Below, in pieces: positions 37,907-45,996 of a stretch of DNA of 52,683 nt. The DNA lies in the IMG/VR virus record IMGVR_UViG_3300030329_005293, positions 1-52,683 of that record; one strand, 5' to 3'. Source of the stretch: a virus (lineage: Duplodnaviria; Caudoviricetes). Both the position numbers and the translations under genes were made by a program. The stretch's first letter is position 1, and each line of letters begins with the position of its first letter. The notes beneath the pieces are model-generated. The model saw only the letters and a list, made by a program, of their open reading frames with translations. It had not been told where the DNA came from and did no database searches.

Positions 37907-38509
37907 ATGACTTTTCTAACAAACGATGCTGTCTTATTTTCCTCCAAGGACGATGCTTGGAGAACACCGCCACACGTCTTTGATTACTTCAACAAAATAT
38001 ACAAATTCAATGTTGATGCAGCTTGCACGACTGAGAACGCTCTGTGTTCTACCCATATCACCAAAGAACAAGACGCCTTGACCCAGTGTTGGTCGGATTA
38101 TGGAAACAGAGTCTTCCTCAACCCCCCATACAGCCGTAAGTGGATTGGCCAATTCATGCACAAAGCAAAGTCTTCGGCATGTGTCTGGATGAAAAAACAC
38201 AGGGCAAAAAAGAATCCAGACCCGCTGGAATACTATCTTGTTGGAGCTTTGGTTTACGCCAGAACCGACACCTCTTGGTGGCATGACACAGTTATGAATG
38301 GAGCCTCAGAAGTATGGCTTCTCCGTGGTCGTCTTCACTTCAACAAGTCCGATGGTTCAGGAAAAAGTTCTGCGGCACCTGCACCAAGTGTTTTTGTTAT
38401 ATGGCGAACAAACGACCACCTGAGAAACCCAGAAATGCCCGTATACCCACCCGTCTTCAAAAGCATTGATCTAAGAACCCCTAGCCCAAAACAACTTAAA
38501 CTCTTCTAG
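37907..38509 (+). CDS. Phage N6-adenine DNA methyltransferase (phage Dam family)
   Basis: Motifs D.WRTP, FNVDAA...NA, FLNPPYS, ARTDTSWWH and RGRLHF. Confidence 0.88.
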   Translation: MTFLTNDAVLFSSKDDAWRTPPHVFDYFNKIYKFNVDAACTTENALCSTHITKEQDALTQCWSDYGNRVFLNPPYSRKWIGQFMHKAKSSACVWMKKHRAKKNPDPLEYYLVGALVYARTDTSWWHDTVMNGASEVWLLRGRLHFNKSDGSGKSSAAPAPSVFVIWRTNDHLRNPEMPVYPPVFKSIDLRTPSPKQLKLF

Positions 38510-39075
38510 TGAATAATCCCATGTTGCCCTTTGGTAGCCAAAAGAGCTGACATCTCGTTATACCAACTCCGACGAATCAAAGCGTGATACAACCGTCGGC
38601 AGTCTTGTGCATCAACCAAAGCTGTATGAGCCCCATCACAGGGCCACCCCATGTACTTGCGAATCGCGTTCATTCCAACGCTTCGGAGACCCACTGGTAG
38701 TAAATGCTCATGGGCCAACGTCATCGTATCCACCTTCGCATACGAACACTTTGAAAACCCATAGCGCTCCAACTCAAAGTCAATAAACAGGCAATCAAAC
38801 CCTACATTGTGACCCACAATAATGCCCTTACGCAATCTATTCCAAATATCCCCAATCACCTCGGACATATAAACCGCGTTTTGCCATTTATCTTCACTGT
38901 AACCATTTACCTCCAGAGCTTTTAACTCCGCAAACTCCAACCGGACTGGCTTAATCTTCTTACAATAACGATCAACACGACCATCACCATGCTCCGTAAT
39001 AATCGCTATCTCAATAATCTCCTGACCATCCCAAGGACGCAACCCGGTGGTCTCTACATCAACAAAGTGCATCAT
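38506..39075 (-). CDS. DEDDh 3'-5' exonuclease (DnaQ-like)
   Basis: FVDVETTGL, GHNVGFD and AHTALVDA; GGAG RBS before MMHF. Confidence 0.9.
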   Translation of the reverse strand: MMHFVDVETTGLRPWDGQEIIEIAIITEHGDGRVDRYCKKIKPVRLEFAELKALEVNGYSEDKWQNAVYMSEVIGDIWNRLRKGIIVGHNVGFDCLFIDFELERYGFSKCSYAKVDTMTLAHEHLLPVGLRSVGMNAIRKYMGWPCDGAHTALVDAQDCRRLYHALIRRSWYNEMSALLATKGQHGIIH

Positions 39076-39229
39076 ATCTAACTCCAGCTTGTGTACAAAC
39101 TGGCATCCAAGGCTTATGTGCAAAAATATGCGGAGCTTGAATACCAGCCTAGTACAACATAGCCAGAACACATCACCCAGCAAGCCAATTTCTGTCCGAA
39201 AATCCCGCTGGCTACAACAAATCGTGCTG

Positions 39230-39288
39230 GTTTCGTAATGGGTGGCGGGTTGTGAAACTCGTTTCCAACCCGCCACCCATTACGAAAC
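39230..39288. repeat. Perfect 23-bp inverted repeat
   Basis: gtttcgtaatgggtggcgggttg (39230-39252) and caacccgccacccattacgaaac (39266-39288); the loop holds a further gaaac/gtttc. Confidence 0.95.
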
Positions 39289-39954
39289 TACCACAGTTTG
39301 TTTCGCTTTGCAGACTTCAAAAATGATAATAGCTGCCAAAGACTACCAGAACGGCTGCACTATAGAATGTTCAAATATGTTGTAATTTCTGTGTCGAGTA
39401 ATTGGTCAAAGTGATAATTTCCCAAATTCTGGAAAATTCTTTTAGGGGTCTAAATGTTAATTACCCCACCCATCGGGGGGGGAGCTCAGGGCCGGATTTC
39501 GAGCTCGAGATTCAGCAGGAGGGGGCTATCCTTCTATTATGGCGGTGCTGTCGGCATCCTAGGAGACTCGATGGGGTAGGGGGATTTCCTCAGAATGGGA
39601 GGGGGGGATTCCTCTATTATCCCGTGAGACTGGGAACAATCGGACCAAATCCCCATCAAATACCGAACACTGTTAGGTAAAATCCTGACCCTTAGAGGCT
39701 GATCAATTGAGAAGAATGGCCTTTGGTGGTCTCCTCAATTGGTGTGCTTCCATCTCCTTGGCTTGGTAGTGATGGCATTGGTGCCACGATAAGAGTGCAA
39801 AAAATAGTTACATATTATTACAAACCTTGAACTATTAGCCTGTCGCCGATGCTTTCCATGGCTATCAGATAGCCGTATACACTGGGCATTACTTGGCCAT
39901 ATAGAGAGATAGAGATAGGGGAATGATTCACCCTACAACCACGGACAAAACACA

Positions 39955-40050
39955 ATGACGCTCTACTCTCTCTTAGATTGGCTCTTGATCGAGACCCCCT
40001 GCGGCCTCATCATCCTTGGCATCGCTGCCCTAACCCTTCAATATCAATAG
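39955..40050 (+). CDS. 31-aa hydrophobic peptide (not in the ORF track)
   Basis: MTLYSLLDWLLIETPCGLIILGIAALTLQYQ; GGA plus A/C-rich leader; its stop sits in the next gene's RBS. Confidence 0.45.
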   Translation: MTLYSLLDWLLIETPCGLIILGIAALTLQYQ

Positions 40051-40058
40051 GAAACAAC

Positions 40059-40340
40059 ATGAAAACGACACAAAACAACGAAAACACCGGATATCAGGTA
40101 GCCGTAGGAGATATTCGGCATGTGATCATCTTGATCAAACTGGAGGCATACAACGCCCCGCGCGGGATCTCACACGGATTATTACTGCCCTACCTCGACA
40201 ATTGGGCTGAACATCGCGCTGGCTATCTCGCTGCTCTCATGGCAGAGAGAGACCGCAAACGACATCTCAATACCCGCGCGCAAACTGATATTTTTAGGGC
40301 TGCTTTGGCTCTCTCAATCTCAATACTCAACCAAGGATAG
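40059..40340 (+). CDS. Hypothetical early protein (RAGYLAAL paralog 1)
   Basis: AGGA RBS before MKTTQN. Confidence 0.6.
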   Translation: MKTTQNNENTGYQVAVGDIRHVIILIKLEAYNAPRGISHGLLLPYLDNWAEHRAGYLAALMAERDRKRHLNTRAQTDIFRAALALSISILNQG

Positions 40341-40345
40341 CAACC

Positions 40346-40630
40346 ATGAAAAAGACACAAAATGACCGCGCGCTGGGTAGAAGCCAAGGCCGATCGGATA
40401 TTCAACAAGCAAAATTTTTGATGACGGAAGCGGGCTGGCTTCCAACCTACACCGCCAAAAACATCCTGAGACTCGGTAGAGTTAGTGATTCTTTTCGCGC
40501 GGGCTATCTCGCTGCTCTCAGATTAGAACTCGAAAATCTTCAAAAAGACCCTGAGGCTCGATATTTTGATATTATTGAGTGGGCAATAATTCATGCCATC
40601 GAAATCAACCACCCAAACAACCAAGGATAA
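40346..40630 (+). CDS. Hypothetical early protein (RAGYLAAL paralog 2)
   Basis: AAGGA RBS before MKKTQN. Confidence 0.6.
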   Translation: MKKTQNDRALGRSQGRSDIQQAKFLMTEAGWLPTYTAKNILRLGRVSDSFRAGYLAALRLELENLQKDPEARYFDIIEWAIIHAIEINHPNNQG

Positions 40631-40635
40631 CAACC

Positions 40636-40818
40636 ATGAAAAACAACGACAAAACCGCAACAATCGAGAGATTGCGACGCCAAATTAAAACTGATACAGC
40701 CCTCCTTCGAATTGGTGGCCTCGCATGGCCAGAGGATCACAAAATTTTGCGCTCTCGAATTCGCGAAAACCTCGCTAAACTCGATGCTTTAACCACAACC
40801 ACAACCCCAACCAAATAG
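40636..40818 (+). CDS. Hypothetical early protein
   Basis: Same leader as the preceding gene; MKNNDK. Confidence 0.55.
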   Translation: MKNNDKTATIERLRRQIKTDTALLRIGGLAWPEDHKILRSRIRENLAKLDALTTTTTPTK

Positions 40819-40826
40819 GAAACACA

Positions 40827-41144
40827 ATGAAAAATTACAAAACCCTGAAAAGATCCCGCGTTATCGCAAAACTTGATGAATTTGTAGCACGTCACAACAA
40901 ATTCAAAAATTGCTTCTTCTGGTCGCCAATCTCCCCAGCATCACGGCGTCGTCAGTTGGAAGAGGCCAACGAATTAGAATTCGAATTCGTTCTCAATGGT
41001 GATCGATATCGATTCTCTCAGCATGTCCGAGTATCCTGCAAAAATACCTACTATTACGCTATCATCGAGAAGAACGGCGATTCAAGGGACATCCGACTCG
41101 CTAAAAAATTGATCAAACTCTACGCCCCACAACCCACAACCTAG
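40827..41144 (+). CDS. Hypothetical early protein
   Basis: AGGA RBS, 105 aa. Confidence 0.6.
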   Translation: MKNYKTLKRSRVIAKLDEFVARHNKFKNCFFWSPISPASRRRQLEEANELEFEFVLNGDRYRFSQHVRVSCKNTYYYAIIEKNGDSRDIRLAKKLIKLYAPQPTT

Positions 41145-41149
41145 GAACT

Positions 41150-41929
41150 ATGGCAATGAAAACCACGACACAAAACACACAATTTCTCTCTCTCCTCACC
41201 CTTGTAAAAGCCCGACTTTCCCAAGGACTTACAGTAAAAGAGGCCAAAAAAATCACCGGTGGAGATATAACCGGTGCAAATTCAAAAATGCCTAGCTATA
41301 CCTTTGGTATCTCCGCATTTTGGTGCAACGTCGGCGGAAACCTCTCAAAAATTGCGGGCTCAATTTGCTTCTTCTGCTATTGCAAAGACAAAGGAAATTA
41401 TCTCTATCCTTCCGTGAAAATGGGCCTTGAGCGACGCGCGCGCGCTGTTCCTACCTCTCTAGATATTTTTGCTCCTGAATGGGTAGACTATACGGCTGCT
41501 CTCGTCGTTCTAGTCCGTCGGGCTCCTAAAATGGTAGGAGGAGGGCCCGAATTTCGCTGGTTCGATTCTGGTGACCTTCAATCCATCAACCATCTCGTTT
41601 CAATCGCTACGATAGCCGAATTGACGCCATCTATGACACACTGGCTTCCAACCAAAGAGAAGGGAGTATTGATTCGATTCTCACGGGCTTTCGTGGTTCC
41701 TAGCAATTTGATGATCAGATTATCCTCTCCCATGATTGACAAAAAAATCACCATGCCCAAAGCCCTTGAGGGGATCGCCGGTATCGGGCTCTCTCATGTC
41801 CTCAAATCCCCCCCCGCCGAGGAGATAGGCAAAAGCGTGTGTCCTGCTTACACTCAAGGCGGGGCGTGTCTAGATTGTCGCAATTGTTGGGATCGCTCAA
41901 TCCCAGCCGTTTCCTATCCTCTACACTAG
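41150..41929 (+). CDS. GP88-like Cys-rich (Fe-S/radical-SAM-like) phage protein
   Basis: Motifs NSKMP, C..G.......GSIC..CY, FRWFDSGD, HWLPTKE, NL.IRLS and CPA....C..CR.CW. Confidence 0.75.
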   Translation: MAMKTTTQNTQFLSLLTLVKARLSQGLTVKEAKKITGGDITGANSKMPSYTFGISAFWCNVGGNLSKIAGSICFFCYCKDKGNYLYPSVKMGLERRARAVPTSLDIFAPEWVDYTAALVVLVRRAPKMVGGGPEFRWFDSGDLQSINHLVSIATIAELTPSMTHWLPTKEKGVLIRFSRAFVVPSNLMIRLSSPMIDKKITMPKALEGIAGIGLSHVLKSPPAEEIGKSVCPAYTQGGACLDCRNCWDRSIPAVSYPLH

Positions 41930-42017
41930 GATATCGATATGTGTACTCTAGTCATCATCCTCCTGATTTTGTATTGCCTACTGAGAAGATAGCCCCCCCC
42001 TCTTTCAGTAGTTCTTC

Positions 42018-42047
42018 AAACCCCTCAATTTTTGAGGGGTTTTTTTT
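42018..42047 (+). terminator. Intrinsic terminator
   Basis: aaacccctcaa-ttt-ttgaggggttt followed by a T-tract. Confidence 0.8.
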
Positions 42048-42805
42048 GTGCTTGTCCTCAAAACCTCTCAAAATGCCCCGTGTTCTATTTTGATGGGGTG
42101 CAGCCTTGTCGATATACATAACTTGCCTACAAAATGGATTCTAAAGCCTTTCAGGGGGATGCAATCGCTATATTTGATCATTGCCTATAGTGTACAGAGC
42201 AGAGCCAGCAAAATAGGCTATCGATCCACATGATGAGAGAGAGGCAGCGCCAAACCATCAAGCAAATTTGGCCACTCCTCAAAATCCTGTTTTCCAGACA
42301 TGCCCAGTTTGGCGGGCTTTTCCTTGGAAAAGTCTTGACACGATAACAATCGATTGGCCTCTCATGGCCTCCAAGGGCTTCGAGCCATCATCGAAAAGCG
42401 CCGACAGTGGGGGCGTTTTAGGCTGTAATCTCTCCTGAGGATTTTTACGTGTGCTCATGCCTCTAACCCTTGGGATGGATTCTGGGGCCTCTCAGGGCCC
42501 TAAAATTGGACAATCGATATCGGCGCAAAAACTTGACACGTGCCAAGCCAGCAAACTATTTTCAAATTTTCCCTTGACAAAATACAGATCCCTACAACGT
42601 GAATTTGGGTGGTCAATAGCGTAGCTCATGCGCTATCTAAGGTTTGTTTTTGGGTGGTCTCTCCTCTGTTCTCTGTTCTCTCTCTCTGCACTGTCAAGAC
42701 CTGATGATAGAATTTACCTTAGAGGTAGTTTCGAGCTCGAGTCTTGACGAGCTCTGCCCAAGGAATCCGCGACCAGATGACGCCTCCGGCGTCATAGATC
42801 GATGG

Positions 42806-42836
42806 TGGCTCCGGCTGGCTCCGGTTGGCTCCGGTT
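42806..42836. repeat. Three copies of a 10-bp TGGCTCCGG(C/T) repeat
   Basis: tggctccggc tggctccggt tggctccggt. Confidence 0.9.
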
Positions 42837-42847
42837 ACCCCCAACGC

Positions 42848-42880
42848 AAAACCCCCCCCCAGCCGTAGCCGAGGAGGGGT
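42848..42880 (-). terminator. Intrinsic terminator with a cUACGg tetraloop
   Basis: Minus strand reads acccctcctcggc-TACG-gctggggggggg-tttt. Confidence 0.7.
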
Positions 42881-42905
42881 ATGGGATCAGGAGATACTAG
42901 GCTAT

Positions 42906-43262
42906 TTAGAATTCTGTGAATCCGAAATCGTCTATACGAAATTTTTGTCCGGATGCCAGACGGATAACGTCGCCGATGCTGGTGGAACGGGCATCCGAGC
43001 CCCCCCAAACCCCACGATTATTCGTCCAATGGGATTCGATCGAATTGGTCATCTGGAAACAAGAATCTAACATGCCATATATACAGGTTGCAATTGCGTT
43101 TTGTTTCACGTCCTCGTATTCCAATACAGCGACAAGTTCATAATTATCAGGTAGAAAATCGGGAATAACTGTGCCTGCCGAACGAGCAAAGGCGTTTTTC
43201 GCGTCAGTTTTCATATGCCAAATTTGAATCAGGTCAAGGTCGATGATGTGGTCATTTTTCAT
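42906..43262 (-). CDS. YodL-like domain protein
   Basis: Motifs YELVA, FQMTN, RSTSIGDVI and GF.EF. Confidence 0.6.
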   Translation of the reverse strand: MKNDHIIDLDLIQIWHMKTDAKNAFARSAGTVIPDFLPDNYELVAVLEYEDVKQNAIATCIYGMLDSCFQMTNSIESHWTNNRGVWGGSDARSTSIGDVIRLASGQKFRIDDFGFTEF

Positions 43263-43271
43263 GGTTTTATC

Positions 43272-44213
43272 CTATTGTGTTGTGGTTGTGGTTGTGGTTA
43301 TTTCTTGGAGGGCTTGGAGCGAGGCTTTGATGAACTCCGCCGCGACTTGGGGAACAATTGCATTGCCGCAACCCCGCAGGATAGCCACTCTTCCACCGGA
43401 TAGCCCATGAGCCAGAGGGTAAAGGCTGGATTGAGTCGGTATCCGGCGGCGCTTGCCATCTCTGCACTCATGCCATCGGGTATCGGCCCAAGGTGCTGTG
43501 GCCCCTGCTGGCGTTGGTTGTGGGCGGGGTCGCCCACCGAGGGGTCGGCGGAATTGGCTCTGGGGCAGTGTGGTGTGGGCCATCCGGCCAGTTTGCTCTG
43601 CACCCCCAGAGGCATCCCTGCTCCGTTTCCGTTGCCATGCTTGGCTTTGAGTCGAGCCAGTCGGCGTAGGTGATTCTCCACCTTGCTGCCGTCGTTGATC
43701 ACTCCCGCATCTGGTGTAGCCCACCCACCAAAGACGCTGGCGGATCTGCGGTGCGCCGACGCTCGCAGCGCACATATCTGCCGCTGCTCCGATATATCCC
43801 ATCGTTTCCATTTCATCGAGTACTCCGGCGAGCCAAGACCTTCCAGATTTGCTTGCAACCTGCTCTCCAAACACCGTTGCAGGTTTACACTGCTCAATGA
43901 GTCGAGCCCAGACGGGCCAGAGGTGTCGCTCATCGTCGGTGCCTCTCCGTTTGCCTGCGTTGGAGAATGGCTGGCAGGGGCATGAACCTGTCCATAGTGG
44001 GGTGTCTGGGCTGACTCCTGCGAGTTGCAGGGCGAGAGGCCATCCGCCGATACCGGCGAAGAAGTGGCATTGGGTGTAGCCTCTGAGGTCTGAGGCGGGA
44101 ACATCGGTAATTGAACGTACATCTATGTGTCCTTTTGGTATGTGGTTTTTGTTCATCAGTTCTCGCAGCCATGCGGCTGCTTTGGGGTCTTTTTCATTGT
44201 AGTAGTGTGTCAT
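43272..44213 (-). CDS. C5-cytosine DNA methyltransferase (alpha polypeptide)
   Basis: FFAGIGG, GSCPCQPFS (catalytic PC), EQV, GAPQIRQR and GNAIVP. Confidence 0.92.
   Translation of the reverse strand: MTHYYNEKDPKAAAWLRELMNKNHIPKGHIDVRSITDVPASDLRGYTQCHFFAGIGGWPLALQLAGVSPDTPLWTGSCPCQPFSNAGKRRGTDDERHLWPVWARLIEQCKPATVFGEQVASKSGRSWLAGVLDEMETMGYIGAAADMCAASVGAPQIRQRLWWVGYTRCGSDQRRQQGGESPTPTGSTQSQAWQRKRSRDASGGAEQTGRMAHTTLPQSQFRRPLGGRPRPQPTPAGATAPWADTRWHECRDGKRRRIPTQSSLYPLAHGLSGGRVAILRGCGNAIVPQVAAEFIKASLQALQEITTTTTTTQ
43298..43933 (-). CDS. Overprinted alternative-frame polypeptide, probable MTase beta subunit
   Basis: GGAGAGG RBS before MSDT; GW(A/P)TP repeats and RLNPAFTLWLMGYP (motif IX-like). 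Confidence 0.65.
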   Translation of the reverse strand: MSDTSGPSGLDSLSSVNLQRCLESRLQANLEGLGSPEYSMKWKRWDISEQRQICALRASAHRRSASVFGGWATPDAGVINDGSKVENHLRRLARLKAKHGNGNGAGMPLGVQSKLAGWPTPHCPRANSADPSVGDPAHNQRQQGPQHLGPIPDGMSAEMASAAGYRLNPAFTLWLMGYPVEEWLSCGVAAMQLFPKSRRSSSKPRSKPSKK

Positions 44214-44216
44214 GAT

Positions 44217-44648
44217 CTATCCCAACAATTCTTGGATGATTTTGATGGCCTCTGGGCCGTGGCCCCCAACATTCCATCGTCGGATTGTGTCGAGTGGCTG
44301 GCCATCCTCACCCCACGAGGGGCCGTTCTTCCAATTATAGATGGTGCAGATGGCACCATCGATATCGATTGTCCAGTGGGCATCGATTTTGTGTGAGTAC
44401 TCGCAAGGGTCTGGCTCACCCAGAACGGCGATCAACTGGTCATAGGTGGCCGTCAGGCTCCCTTGGCCATGCGTACCGTCGATGCTGTGGCCAGCATTTA
44501 TGCTCACAATTCGCCAGTCAAAATTGGCGAAGTCAACGGCGTTTTCGATGACAATTGCCTCTGCATATGTGCTATCTGTGGTTGTGGCGTGGGTATGCCA
44601 TCCACCCTCAAAAGGGGCCGTTTCTCGGTATTGTAGTAGAATTTTCAT
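44217..44648 (-). CDS. Hypothetical protein
   Basis: AAGGA RBS; motifs TYDQLIAVLGEP, TIYNWK and WNVGG. Confidence 0.6.
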   Translation of the reverse strand: MKILLQYRETAPFEGGWHTHATTTDSTYAEAIVIENAVDFANFDWRIVSINAGHSIDGTHGQGSLTATYDQLIAVLGEPDPCEYSHKIDAHWTIDIDGAICTIYNWKNGPSWGEDGQPLDTIRRWNVGGHGPEAIKIIQELLG

Positions 44649-44662
44649 GTGTGTGTCCTTGG

Positions 44663-45229
44663 TTATAGGTGTATGATGAATTTGTGCTTGGCAAATGGGC
44701 CAATGCGGTTGTATAGGCGGTCCATTTCGGAAGCCCGTTTTTTCTTACCATCGCAGTAGGCAGATACCAGTTTGCCGGTATCATCTACCCACATGTAGGA
44801 TGCCTTGGTTTTCCCGCAGTACTCCCAGTTGGTGGCTCTGTAGATAGCACCGGTGTGCTGCTGATAATCGTCAGCAAATGTCATGAGCAGTTTGATGTGT
44901 GGGTAGTTTTTCTTGATGTGTCGGATGCTCCAGCCAATCAGATAGGATGCCCCATTGGTGGGCACGTCAGGATGGATGGCCAGACGGGAGAGGGTGAGAA
45001 CCTCTCGTGGCCCCATGTTGTGTTTCCTGACTGCCAGTAGTGGTGCGGGCATCCATAGAGATGCCCCCATAATGTCGTCGTTCCAGAGAGAGCCTGCCCG
45101 ATAGAGAGCAGTTCTCACCACTGATGTGTTGCTCGTGCCCCGAGCATAGTGGTGCTGCCTGATAAATGCGGCAGCATCGCGGTGGGGAACGGTGCAAACC
45201 GTCCAGTCGCGTTTTCTGAATTTGTCCAT
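44663..45229 (-). CDS. Mom-like adenine-modification acetyltransferase (GNAT)
   Basis: FIRQHHY, LSRL....P.N.ASYLI and TFAD....HTGAIYRATNW.YCG. Confidence 0.8.
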   Translation of the reverse strand: MDKFRKRDWTVCTVPHRDAAAFIRQHHYARGTSNTSVVRTALYRAGSLWNDDIMGASLWMPAPLLAVRKHNMGPREVLTLSRLAIHPDVPTNGASYLIGWSIRHIKKNYPHIKLLMTFADDYQQHTGAIYRATNWEYCGKTKASYMWVDDTGKLVSAYCDGKKKRASEMDRLYNRIGPFAKHKFIIHL

Positions 45230-45429
45230 GTGTACTCCATTTTTGGTGTGGGCTCATCCAATAACGCACCCCTCTATATATGCCAAGTTTTTTTCGCAAA
45301 ATAATTGTCGCTATGTTTGCGCTGCTATCGGCATCATATGCCAATCCGATGGGGTTTGCTCAAAAAATAATCGCAAAACGAGCTTGCAACATGGCAGCTC
45401 CGGGAGTATGCTGTTGGGGTAGGCCACTC

Positions 45430-45499
45430 TGGCTCCGGCTGGCTCCGGCTGGCTCCGGCTGGCTCCGGCTGGTTCGGCTCCGGCGGCTCCGGCGGCTCT
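45430..45499. repeat. GGCTCCGGCT tandem array (4 perfect copies plus degenerate ones)
   Basis: 45431-45470 perfect, then ggctccggc twice. Confidence 0.92.
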
Positions 45500-45531
45500 G
45501 CACCACACACACACATATATATAGGACACAC

Positions 45532-45996
45532 ATGACTAAAACTAAAACACACTATCTGTGCTTGAATTGCATCAGTTGGTGGACAAAACGAACTGGCTGT
45601 AAATGCAGTCCAGTTCTCCCCAAGAAACCCAAGCCCCCCCGTGGCCCCCGATACGAGTGGGAGATCCAAGTCTCCACTGGTTTTGGTTCGATTTATTACT
45701 ATGACATGTCGCAGCCTGATTGTGCTGAACGCGCAATCTCCGATCTTGTTGATGCTTTGGAACAGCATCAACAAGATACCGAAAACGCAGACCACCTCCC
45801 GTGGTTTGAGATTGTTCGTTTTGATCTGCGTCCAAAGGATTACGGTCAGGATCGAGATGAGTTTGATTACCCATTCGAGTTGCCAGCTAAGCGTATGCAA
45901 AAACACGCTCAAAAACTAAATGACTGGCGATTTGCCAATTCCTCGGCGTTTGACAAACTCCACGACAAATTCTACCCCGAAGGAGAAGGGCAATGA
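45532..45996 (+). CDS. Hypothetical protein with N-terminal CxxC...CxC
   Basis: AGGA RBS before MTKTKT. Confidence 0.55.
   Translation: MTKTKTHYLCLNCISWWTKRTGCKCSPVLPKKPKPPRGPRYEWEIQVSTGFGSIYYYDMSQPDCAERAISDLVDALEQHQQDTENADHLPWFEIVRFDLRPKDYGQDRDEFDYPFELPAKRMQKHAQKLNDWRFANSSAFDKLHDKFYPEGEGQ

Noticed and set aside
39076-39276. N-terminal extension of the exonuclease
   Set aside because: It starts inside the palindrome. The DEDDh domain and a GGAG RBS point to 39075.
39230-39288. Protelomerase (telRL) site of a linear plasmid prophage
   Set aside because: No protelomerase or ParA/ParB gene was recognised, and the centre is not perfectly symmetric.
39300-39950. tRNA or known ncRNA in the non-coding gap
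   Set aside because: No cloverleaf or T-loop consensus was found by eye. A covariance-model search would be needed to exclude other RNAs.
45280-45531. N-terminal extension of the 45280..45996 ORF
   Set aside because: It merely reads through the GGCTCCGGCT array. The RBS-supported start is 45532.
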